This document shows positions 19,053-28,600 of a stretch of 64,000 bases of DNA, one piece after another. This DNA comes from Agathobacter rectalis. GTDB taxonomy: Bacteria; Bacteroidota; Bacteroidia; Bacteroidales; Muribaculaceae. Positions within the stretch are counted from its first letter, which is position 1; every line of letters starts with the position of its first letter. The position numbers and the translations under genes were made by a program. The notes below the pieces were generated by a model that was not told where the DNA came from, searched no databases, and saw nothing but the letters and a program-made list of their open reading frames with translations. The stretch is from the NCBI GenBank assembly GCA_963625945.1, contig CAVFVP010000001.1:8666-72665 (forward strand), in the 5' to 3' direction.

Positions 19053-19079
19053 AAACACGCGGTTCACAAAAATACTGCA
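19053..19079 (-). promoter_or_regulatory. Candidate autoregulatory ECF promoter of sigma 2
   Basis: TGCAGTA-N15-TGTTT on the minus strand, 26 nt before the ATG. Confidence 0.55.
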
Positions 19080-19259
19080 TAATTGTGAGTTAATTAGCAC
19101 AAATAGCCATTTTTTCAACAATTTTGGCACCTACGACGATTCACAAGCCGCGTGGTGCATAGCCATCGGGATGTTGCACAACCACAAGCCGAAAAGGGGC
19201 TTGAACCAGCATCAATCATCTGGAATCAAGCCCCTTTTCGGTTCTTTTTTATCAAGCAT

Positions 19260-19604
19260 TCAAAACAGTGCATGCCTCACGGCGCCAAGCAGCAACGCCA
19301 CAGGCTTTGGCAGCCGTTTCCCTATCCAAGGGAGCAGCAACAGCGACAACAGGCAGCACTCGACGGCCACATTAATCACAACAAGGGTCCATTGTCCCAC
19401 GGCAAAAGGGAAAAGCGGCTGATAGATGACGAGCAAGGCCAGAAACGGATAGGCCACCACATGGTGGTGACGGCGAAAGCCCAAATAAGACGCATAACCG
19501 AATATGGCCGACAGCGCGAGGCTGGCAAACCGGCCGACTCCGTCGGGGAGCGGAAGCAAGAGCAACAGCACAAGCGCCGCTGCAGCTATGATGGCCGTTT
19601 TCAT
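19260..19604 (-). CDS. Small multi-TM membrane protein (DUF6804-like)
   Basis: Hydrophobic 114 aa; LLLLPLPDG...LALLVIYQPL...WTLVVINV pattern. Confidence 0.55.
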   Translation of the reverse strand: MKTAIIAAAALVLLLLLPLPDGVGRFASLALSAIFGYASYLGFRRHHHVVAYPFLALLVIYQPLFPFAVGQWTLVVINVAVECCLLSLLLLPWIGKRLPKPVALLLGAVRHALF

Positions 19605-19641
19605 GATTTTGAACGTCGGTATTTTTTTGTAAAGTAACCAG

Positions 19642-20634
19642 TTACTGCAAGTTGAAGTTGAGCGTTGCTCCGTTGTCGGTCACATTGAGTGTGGCCTCAC
19701 AGCCCTCAATCATGGGGTAGTTCTCGTGGCCGATGTGGCCCACGGGAAAATTGTAGCACACCGGAATATTGAGGTCGGCAATGTGGCTGTGAATCATGTC
19801 GTACATGTCGTCGTAGCCCTTCACTGCGCTGTAGTTGGTGAATTTGCCCACCACCAGGCCCTTGATGCGGCCAAGCACGCCCCTTATCTTGAGAAGGTGC
19901 AGCATGCGGTCTACGCTGTCGTAACGCTCACCCACATCCTCAATGAAAAGTATCACGTCGTGGGTCTTCAGGAAGTCGCGAGAGAGGAAGTCGTAGTCGC
20001 TCTCGGCAAGGCCACCATAGACACTCATGTTGCCCCCAACCACGATGCCACGGGCCGTACCGGCATGGTTGAAGCGGTGTGGTGCTACGCTATATGACGG
20101 CAATTTGCCCAAAAGCAGGTTGTGAAGCGCACGGCAAGTGGTGTCGTTGCCGCCATCGTAACCGAGCGGCCCGGCCATGTTGGCATGAATGCTCATGTTG
20201 CCAGCACGCACCTCGGCACTGTGAAGCGCTGTGATGTCGCTGTAACCGATAATCCACTTGGGGTGCTTGGTGAATTCCTCGACTGGAATGTCGCAAAGCA
20301 GCTGCACCGAGCCATAGCCACCACGCGAGCAGAGAATTGCCTTTATCGACGGATCGCGCAGAGCCCACAGCAAATCGGCCTTGCGCTGAGCCTTGGTGCC
20401 AGCAAAACCAGTGCTGACGCGCTCGAGCACATACTTGCCCTTCACGGGGTTAAAGCCCCACTGCCTTAGGATGTTGACACCGGTCTCGACCGAAGCTGTG
20501 TCAATAGCACTGGCGGGACTGATGATTGCTATTTTATCGCCTGGCTTCAAAAAAGCCGGAGCCTTGATTTTGTTTCCAGCAGTCATTGCAATAGCGCACA
20601 TAGCGGCCACTGCAAGCGAAATCATTTTCTTCAT
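19642..20634 (-). CDS. LD-carboxypeptidase (peptidase S66) with N-terminal signal peptide
   Basis: LKPGDKIAIISPAS, RGGYGS, IGYSDIT (catalytic Ser), FIEDVGE, FPVGH. Confidence 0.92.
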   Translation of the reverse strand: MKKMISLAVAAMCAIAMTAGNKIKAPAFLKPGDKIAIISPASAIDTASVETGVNILRQWGFNPVKGKYVLERVSTGFAGTKAQRKADLLWALRDPSIKAILCSRGGYGSVQLLCDIPVEEFTKHPKWIIGYSDITALHSAEVRAGNMSIHANMAGPLGYDGGNDTTCRALHNLLLGKLPSYSVAPHRFNHAGTARGIVVGGNMSVYGGLAESDYDFLSRDFLKTHDVILFIEDVGERYDSVDRMLHLLKIRGVLGRIKGLVVGKFTNYSAVKGYDDMYDMIHSHIADLNIPVCYNFPVGHIGHENYPMIEGCEATLNVTDNGATLNFNLQ

Positions 20635-20810
20635 TGTCTTGAATTGTGTGTGTTTAATTTGAGTGCTTGTGCACTGCAATTGCAAATTTACACAAATTTC
20701 AGTTCACAGCCAACAGTGCCGCCCAAGACGTGGCTTCAGCAGCCGCCACAGGCATTTGGGCAGTAGTGATATTTGGCTCAGCCCGCGATTTTCATTAATT
20801 TTGCTGACAG

Positions 20811-21704
20811 ATGAACAACAACGGCAAAAAAATCACGAAAACGCTCTATGTGAGCGACCTCGACGGCACACTGCTCAACAGCAGTTCGCGCCTAAGCGAC
20901 ACCACTGTGCAACTGCTCAACCAGGCGATAGGCGAATATGGCGCCGCATTCACCTGCGCCACGGCACGCACGCCCGCCACAGTGACTGGGCTCATGGCAC
21001 AAGTGGACACACGACTGCCACTGATAGTGCTTGCCGGAGCAGCCATGTGGGACAATGCCACACAAACCTATACCGACGTGCAGACGATTGACCCCGACAC
21101 GGTCAACAAAATAGCCGACGCCTTTGAGCGCCACGGCCTGCATCCGCTCATCTACCGCAGGCACGGCTCGATGCTGCACGTGCACCATTGCGGACAGCTG
21201 TCGACCCAAGAGCAGAAGTTTGTTGACGAGCGCACAGGACTGCCGCTCAAGAAATTCATGCTCAACGACGACGAGCGCGCCTACCGCGATGCCACCGACG
21301 GCGATGCCTTGCTGTTTTTCTCGATGCACGACTACGACAGCCTCAAAGCCATACACGACGAAATAACGGCCACCACCGACTGCTCTGTGATGTATTACCG
21401 CGACATCTTTGACCAAAACGCCGGACTGATTGAGATATACAAGGCCGGCTGCACCAAAGCCTCGGCCATAGAACAACTTGCCGCACGGATTGGAGCCGAC
21501 CGCACCGTGGTGTTCGGTGACAACGGAAACGACCTGGCCATGATGCATGCCGCCACCCACAGCGTGGCCGTGGGCAATGCCATTGCCGAAGTGAGAGAAG
21601 CGGCCAGTGAGGTGATAGGCACCAACGATGCCGACAGTGTGGCCCGATGGATAATCAACGACTTGCGTCAGAATGCCGATGCGAGCCATAACAGCAATGC
21701 CTGA
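20811..21704 (+). CDS. Cof-type HAD-IIB hydrolase
   Basis: VSDLDGTLL, ATAR, TKA, VFGDNGNDLAM, N-x-x-D-S-V-A. Confidence 0.93.
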   Translation: MNNNGKKITKTLYVSDLDGTLLNSSSRLSDTTVQLLNQAIGEYGAAFTCATARTPATVTGLMAQVDTRLPLIVLAGAAMWDNATQTYTDVQTIDPDTVNKIADAFERHGLHPLIYRRHGSMLHVHHCGQLSTQEQKFVDERTGLPLKKFMLNDDERAYRDATDGDALLFFSMHDYDSLKAIHDEITATTDCSVMYYRDIFDQNAGLIEIYKAGCTKASAIEQLAARIGADRTVVFGDNGNDLAMMHAATHSVAVGNAIAEVREAASEVIGTNDADSVARWIINDLRQNADASHNSNA

Positions 21705-21706
21705 TT

Positions 21707-22951
21707 ATGAAAAAAGTGGTCACCACACGCAACATCTACGATTCGCGCCGCATCTGGAAAATCGTGCTTCTGGCTGTGGCGGCAATACTGATGGGCGTGT
21801 TTATCTATATTTCCAACAGCCTGGTCAAAGACCTCGCCCAGCAGGAACGCGACCGCATGGAAATATGGGCCAGCGCCACCAAGGAACTTGCCACGATGGG
21901 CAATGAGGCCGCTGCCGACACCACGGCACCAGTCCCGCAGACCGACGTCGATTTCCTGCTCAACATCATTGAGCGCAACCACAACATACCGGTGCTGCTC
22001 GTCGACGAGAGCGACAGCATCCTTCTAAACCGCAACTTCAGACTGCCGGAGCCAGTCGACAGCATGTCGCCCTACCAGATTTCGCCACGCAACATGGCTT
22101 TTCTGAAAGACCGCCTCAGCCACCTCAAAGGCACACCAAACAAAATTGAGATAAAAATCGACGACTCCACCACACAATGGCTCTATTATGAAGACTCCAC
22201 AGTGCTTCGCCGCCTGGCCTACTACCCCTACATCCAGTTGGCCGTGCTGCTGATATTCCTGGGAGTGGCCTACTTTGCGCTGATTAGCGTGAAAAAGGCC
22301 GAGCAGAACAAGGTGTGGGTGGGACTGTCGAAAGAGACCGCACACCAGTTGGGCACCCCCATATCGTCGCTTATGGCATGGACGCAAATGCTCGGCTCGA
22401 TGGGCGTGGCGCACGACGTGGTGGCCGACATGGACAAAGACGTGCACCGCCTGTCGGTAATAGCCGAGCGGTTCTCCAAAATCGGCTCCATGCCCGACAA
22501 GGAACTTGCGTTTATCAACGAGTCGGTGACCCAAAGCCTCGAATACATGAGTTCACGCATCCCGCGCCGTGTGAGGCTGAACGTAATCACCGACGATACC
22601 CACAACTGCGGCGTGATGCTGTGCCAGTCGCTATTTGAGTGGGTGATGGAAAACCTGACCAAAAACGCCGTCGACGCCATGAGCGGCGAGGGCGACCTCA
22701 CCATCACAGTGAGCAGCGACGACAGCCGGGCGCTGATACTGGTGCGCGACAGCGGCAAAGGCATTGCCCGCAAGAATTTCAAGGACGTGTTCACCCCAGG
22801 CTACACCACAAAAAAACGCGGCTGGGGACTCGGTCTGACACTGGTCAAGCGCATCGTGGAAGAGTACCACGGCGGCAAGATATATGTCAAGGAGTCGGAG
22901 ATAGGCAAGGGAACCACCTTTGCCATCGAGATTCCCATAGTGGCCCCATAA
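21707..22951 (+). CDS. Membrane sensor histidine kinase, PorY-like
   Basis: Two TMs, H-box WVGLSKETAHQLGTPISSL, N-box WVMENLTKNAVDAM, G-boxes DSGKG and GWGLGL. Confidence 0.88.
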   Translation: MKKVVTTRNIYDSRRIWKIVLLAVAAILMGVFIYISNSLVKDLAQQERDRMEIWASATKELATMGNEAAADTTAPVPQTDVDFLLNIIERNHNIPVLLVDESDSILLNRNFRLPEPVDSMSPYQISPRNMAFLKDRLSHLKGTPNKIEIKIDDSTTQWLYYEDSTVLRRLAYYPYIQLAVLLIFLGVAYFALISVKKAEQNKVWVGLSKETAHQLGTPISSLMAWTQMLGSMGVAHDVVADMDKDVHRLSVIAERFSKIGSMPDKELAFINESVTQSLEYMSSRIPRRVRLNVITDDTHNCGVMLCQSLFEWVMENLTKNAVDAMSGEGDLTITVSSDDSRALILVRDSGKGIARKNFKDVFTPGYTTKKRGWGLGLTLVKRIVEEYHGGKIYVKESEIGKGTTFAIEIPIVAP

Positions 22952-22985
22952 ACTGAATTCAGAAACAAAAAGCTTTACACAAAAC

Positions 22986-23822
22986 ATGACGACAGCTACA
23001 TCACCCACCCACAACGGCAAGATGCAAATCACGATGCTTGGCACTGGCAACGCCATGTGCACCCGGTGCTACAACACCTGCTTCTATCTGCGCACACCCG
23101 GTGGAGGCATGATGGTGGACGCAGGCGGAGGCAACGGCATTTTCCGCCAGTTGCACAAGGCAGGAATCGCTTTCGAGGAAGTGCACCACCTGTTTGTCAC
23201 CCATGTGCACACCGACCACATATTGGGCGTGATATGGATGATACGCAAAATATCGCCCATGATGAACCACGGGCGGTATGTGGGCAAGCTGCACATCTAC
23301 TGCCACGACGAAGTGGCACGCACTCTGCGCGCAATTGTGCAAATGCTCATTCCGGCAAAAATATGCCGTGCCATCGACGACACCATAATAATACGCGAAG
23401 TGACCGACGGAGAGCAAATCAAGGTCGACGACATGGACGTCACATTCTTCGACATCGGCTCGACCAAGACCAAGCAGTTCGGGTTCTCGGCCTTGCTGCC
23501 CGACGGCCGACGACTCACATGCCTGGGCGACGAGCCCTACAACGAGCGCAGCAAGAAATGGGTGCGCGACTGCGACTGGCTGTTGTGCGAGGCCTTCTGC
23601 CTATATAAGGACCGCGAACAGTTCCGCCCCTACGATAAGCACCACAGCACCGCGCTCGACGCAGGACGCCTTGCGCAAGAGCTCAAGGTGAAAAACCTGC
23701 TCATCTATCACACCGAAGACACCCACCTGACCACACGGCGCGAGACCTACACAGCCGAGGCCAAGCGCAACTTCACCGGAGTCGTGGTGGTGCCCGACGA
23801 CATAGAGACCGTGAACCTGTAA
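22986..23822 (+). CDS. MBL-fold metallo-hydrolase (RNase Z-like)
   Basis: MLGTG, VDAGGG, THVHTDH metal motif, HST, YH. Confidence 0.85.
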   Translation: MTTATSPTHNGKMQITMLGTGNAMCTRCYNTCFYLRTPGGGMMVDAGGGNGIFRQLHKAGIAFEEVHHLFVTHVHTDHILGVIWMIRKISPMMNHGRYVGKLHIYCHDEVARTLRAIVQMLIPAKICRAIDDTIIIREVTDGEQIKVDDMDVTFFDIGSTKTKQFGFSALLPDGRRLTCLGDEPYNERSKKWVRDCDWLLCEAFCLYKDREQFRPYDKHHSTALDAGRLAQELKVKNLLIYHTEDTHLTTRRETYTAEAKRNFTGVVVVPDDIETVNL

Positions 23823-23840
23823 CGCCAACCGCCTCAGCGC

Positions 23841-25067
23841 ATGAACTACCGCATCACACCACCTGGCCGCATCATTGGCGAGATTGACCTGCCTGCATCG
23901 AAGAGCATCAGCAACAGGGCTCTCATTATCGACGCCTTGTGCCAGTCGCACGGAAGGCTTGACCGCCTTGCACACTGCGCCGACACCGATGCCGTGCAGC
24001 AGGCCCTTGCCGATACCGACGCCGATCGTATCGACATCGGGGCAGCCGGCACAGCCATGCGGTTTCTCACGGCCTATTTTGCCACCCGCCGCGGAAAAGC
24101 CGTAACGCTCGACGGGACCGAGCGCATGCGCAACCGTCCCATAGGCCTGCTTGCCGACGCACTGGCCTCGCTCGGCGCCGGCATTGAATGGGAAGGCCGC
24201 AAGGGGTATCCGCCGCTGCGGGTGACCGGCGGCACACTGCACGGCGGCACACTGCACATCGACGGTAGCGTGAGCTCGCAATACATAAGCGCGCTGATGA
24301 TGATAGCCCCAGTGGTCGACGGTGGCCTCACTCTGTGCATCGACGGACATCTCACCTCACACCCCTATGTGGAAATGACCATGCGCCTCATGCGGCAATG
24401 GGGAGCCAACGTGGATTTTGACGGCTGTCGCATCGTAGTGGCACAGGGCGGATATGAGCCTCACGACATAGCAGTTGAGGCCGACTGGAGCGCCGCAAGC
24501 TACTGGTATGCCCTACAAGACCTGGTGCCGGGCTCCAGGATTTCGCTGAAAGGGCTGTCGTGGCCAAGCGTACAAGGCGACAGCCGCATCGCCGACATCG
24601 CCTGGAGCCTGGGAGTGGAATCATGCCCGTGCGGTGTGTGTACCGACTTGCGTCCAACCATCGCCAGTGCGCAAGCCGTGACCGAAGACATGGCCGACAC
24701 GCCCGACATTGCGCAAACGCTTGCCGTGTGGCTGTGCCTGAAAGGCGTCCCCTACAGACTCAACGGACTGCACACGCTCAAAATCAAAGAGACCGACCGC
24801 ATCGAGGCGCTGCAATCGCAACTGTACAAACTCGGCTACGCCATCGAGGCAGGCAACGACTTCATAGCGTGGAACGGTAACAAGATGCCAGTCGACGACA
24901 CGCCCTCAATCAGCACATTCGACGACCACCGCATGGCCATGTCGATGGCTCTGGCATCCACACGCCACCCGGGTCTGGTAATCGAAGACGCCCAAGTGGT
25001 GAAAAAATCCTATCCCGACTTTTGGCAGCACTTGCGCCTTACGGGATTCACAATCGAAGAGGTTTAG
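23841..25067 (+). CDS. aroA: 3-phosphoshikimate 1-carboxyvinyltransferase
   Basis: PASKSISNRALI, GAAGTAMRF, SSQYISAL, KETDRI, DDHRMAM, KSYPDFW. Confidence 0.97.
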   Translation: MNYRITPPGRIIGEIDLPASKSISNRALIIDALCQSHGRLDRLAHCADTDAVQQALADTDADRIDIGAAGTAMRFLTAYFATRRGKAVTLDGTERMRNRPIGLLADALASLGAGIEWEGRKGYPPLRVTGGTLHGGTLHIDGSVSSQYISALMMIAPVVDGGLTLCIDGHLTSHPYVEMTMRLMRQWGANVDFDGCRIVVAQGGYEPHDIAVEADWSAASYWYALQDLVPGSRISLKGLSWPSVQGDSRIADIAWSLGVESCPCGVCTDLRPTIASAQAVTEDMADTPDIAQTLAVWLCLKGVPYRLNGLHTLKIKETDRIEALQSQLYKLGYAIEAGNDFIAWNGNKMPVDDTPSISTFDDHRMAMSMALASTRHPGLVIEDAQVVKKSYPDFWQHLRLTGFTIEEV

Positions 25068-25125
25068 CGGGCACGGCGCTACGCGCCTGCCCCCCCCGCA
25101 CACGAAAAAACTGACAAAGGAAGAA

Positions 25126-25638
25126 ATGACATTCCCCATCGCATCAACCACCATCAGCATCGCAGCCTCATGGATGGGCTCGCATCACGGTCTTGAAGCC
25201 GCGCTGATACTCGTGGCGCTGCTCGCAGCCACGGCCCTGGTGCTGTGGACGGCCGACCGCCTTAGCCACAACAAAAATGCCGAAAGCGACACCCCCAGCG
25301 ACACCAAACCGGGTACTGCCGTGGAGACATGTGGCGACTCGTGCTGCGACACCCACAGCGTGTGCCCAAGCCAGATGCTGCTGGAAGGCGATTCCGGCGG
25401 GAAATGCGAAATCACCTACTATGACGACGAAGAGCTCGACTGCTATCGCGGCCGCAAAGCAGCCGACTACAGTCCCGACGACATCGACCGGTTCCGCGAC
25501 GTGCTCTACACACTGCTCCCGTCCGACCTGATGGGATGGCAACGGTCGCTCAAGCGGCGCGGCATAGCAATGCCCGACCCGATTCACGACGAATTCATCA
25601 TGCTCTACAATGAGCATAGTGGCAAAGGACAACAATAA
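25126..25638 (+). CDS. Conserved Bacteroidales membrane-anchored hypothetical protein with a Cys cluster
   Basis: N-terminal TM, CGDSCCDTHSVC, YYDDEELD, FRDVLYTL, W-x-R-S-L-x-x-R-G-I. Confidence 0.75.
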   Translation: MTFPIASTTISIAASWMGSHHGLEAALILVALLAATALVLWTADRLSHNKNAESDTPSDTKPGTAVETCGDSCCDTHSVCPSQMLLEGDSGGKCEITYYDDEELDCYRGRKAADYSPDDIDRFRDVLYTLLPSDLMGWQRSLKRRGIAMPDPIHDEFIMLYNEHSGKGQQ

Positions 25639-25665
25639 AAGCCGTCTACTTATCGTTATATATTA

Positions 25666-28600
25666 ATGCCCAAGGTGGGCAAAAAGCCACACCCACACAC
25701 CGATACAGTGAAGAGAACATTAAGAAAATACATACCGCTTGCAGTGATAGCCCTGATAGCCATCATGCAGTCGTGCAGTGCCCGCAAAAACACTGCGGGA
25801 TCGCGTTTCTGGCAGGCGTTCACCACACGCTACAACGTGTACTACAACGGAATCACGCACTACAAAGAACAGATTCACGACCTTGAGAACAACTACGAAG
25901 ACGACTACTCGCAGCAACTCTTCATCCATCCGGCCGAGGCCTACAGCAACCCCAAGTCGCCACAGCCGTCGGCAAGCTTCGACCGCACCATCGAGAAGAT
26001 GCAGAAAGCAATATCGCTCCACTCCATCAAGAAGAAGCCCAAGCGCAAAAGCGGCAAGGGCAACGACCCTAAATACAAGGAGTGGCTCAAGCGCGACGAA
26101 TACAACCCATTCATCCACAACGCCTGGTTCACAATGGGCAAGGCACAATACATGAAAGGCGACTTCACCAGCGCTGCCGCCACATTCCACTACATCGTGC
26201 GCCACTTCACGTGGAAACCCGACCTGGTGGCAGAATCAGAACTGTGGGAAGCTCTGAGCTACTGCGCCATGGGGTGGACCTCTGAAGCCGACAACGTGCT
26301 GGCCCACGTGCACATCGACAAGATTGCCGACAAGCGCGTGCGCTCACTTGCCAACCTGGCTTTTGCCGACTACTACATCAAGTGCAAGCGCAATGCCGAG
26401 GCCATTCCATATCTGGCCGAAGCCGTAAAGGGACAAAAAGGCGCACAAAGCGTAAGACTCAACTTCCTGCTCGGCCAGCTCTACCAAGATGCCGGCAACA
26501 ACGACCTGGCCTACGAAGCCTACAAGCGAGCTGGCAGCCACAGCGGTTCAACCTACCGAACCAAGTTCAACGCCCGCATCAGGCAAAGCGCCGTGTACCA
26601 GGGCAACAACATCAACGGCGAGATACGCTCACTGAAATCAATGGCGCGATATGACCGCAACAAGGAATACCTTGACCAGATTTACTATGCGATTGGCAAC
26701 ATCTACCTGTCGAGGCGCGACACAGCCAACGCCGTGACCAACTATGTGGAAGCTGCAAAAAAGAGCACCCGCAACGGCATCGACAAGGCCATCAGCCAAA
26801 TCACACTCGGCGGCATCTATTTTGCACAGCACAAGTACGACTTGGCACAGCCGTGCTATGCCGAAGCCATACCCCAACTCAGCGAAGACTACCCCAACTA
26901 TAAGGTGCTAAAGCGGCGCAGCGACGTGCTCGACGAGCTGTCGGTCTACGCCCAAAACGTGACGCTTCAAGACTCGCTGCTACGCCTTGCCAAGCTGTCG
27001 CCCGACGAGCAGAAAGCCGTGATAAAGAAAATAATAGATGCGCTGAAAAAGAAAGAGAAAGAAGAAGCCGAAAACGCCAAGCGCGAAGAATACCTGGCAC
27101 AACAGGCCGCTAAGGGCAGCTCGATAAAGAGCAACAACCAGCCGGCAACCTACACCATCAACAGCGACAACTCGTGGTACTTCTACAACACTGCGACGAA
27201 AAACGCCGGCAAGACAGCGTTCCAGCAACTGTGGGGCAACCGCAAGCTTGAAGACGACTGGCGGCGCCGCAACAAGAACACATTCTCGCTGGGCGACGAC
27301 ACCCAAGACACGGCCCTGGCAGCCGACACCACCGCCTCCGATTCCACCAAGACCGACAAGGTGGCACTCAAGCACGCCGACGACCCGCACTATGAGGAAT
27401 ACTATCTGAAACAGATTCCCAAGACCGACGAAGAGATTCTCACGGCCAACAACGTGATCCAAGAAGGCCTTTACAACATGGGCATCATCCTCAAGGACAA
27501 GCTTGAGGACTACAACTCGGCCGCCTACCAGTTCAACGAACTGCTGGACCGGTATCCCGACAATGTGTACCGGCTCGACACCTACTACAACATGTATTTG
27601 ATGTATATGCGCATCGGCGAGCCATCCACCGCCGAGCGTTACCGCCTGCTTATACTCGACAACTTTGCCGACTCGAAATACGGCATGGCGATGAAAGACC
27701 CCAACTACATCGACAACCTCAAAAACATGGAAAAGGTGCAGGAGCAGATGTATGAGCGAGCCTACGCCGACTATCTGGGCAACAACAACGAGGGAGTGCA
27801 CGAGGCTTACGCCGAGATGATGCGCAAGTATCCGCTGTCGAAAATAATGCCCAAATTCATGTTTATCGATGCTCTGAGCTACGTCACGCAAAAGAACTAC
27901 GACAAGTTCAAATCAACACTCAAGGAAATGCTTGAGCGTTACCCCGAGACCGACATCACCCCCACCGCCTCGGGAATTGTGAAACAGCTCAACAAGGGCC
28001 GCCAACTCAACGGAGGCTCCACAAATGCCCGCGGCATGCTTTGGGCTACCCGCCTGAGCAACGACTCCACCGCCACCGACGCCAAGAAGAAATTCACGCC
28101 GTTCAAGGAAGGCAAGGACAAGCCGCAGCTGTTTATCTACGCATTCTCAACCGACTCGGTTTCGGCCAACCAGCTGCTGTATGAAGTGGCCAAGCACAAC
28201 TTCACATCATTTGTGGTCAAGGACTTCGAACTCGAGCAAATGACATTCGGCGAAATAGGGCTGCTTGTGGTCAAGGGATTTGCCAACTATGCCGAAGTGG
28301 CACACTACCGCCAAGTGATGGAGGCCGACACGGCCAAGGTGATTCCGGCACAGGCGCACCTTATAATAATCAGCAAAGAGAACTTCGACCTGCTTGTTAA
28401 CGAGGGCCGCTCGTTTGCCGACTACTTCCAGTATCTTGAAGAGCAGAACACCGCCAAGGTGGAGAAGCAAATTCCGGCCAATGCAACCGACGATGCCACA
28501 CGCGACAATGCAGCCAAGCCGTCTAAACGCAAATCAGTGCGCCAAGCCTCGGCACAAGCCGCAAAGGCTCCCGCCGCTCCCGCAAAAGCAGCCACCGCGA

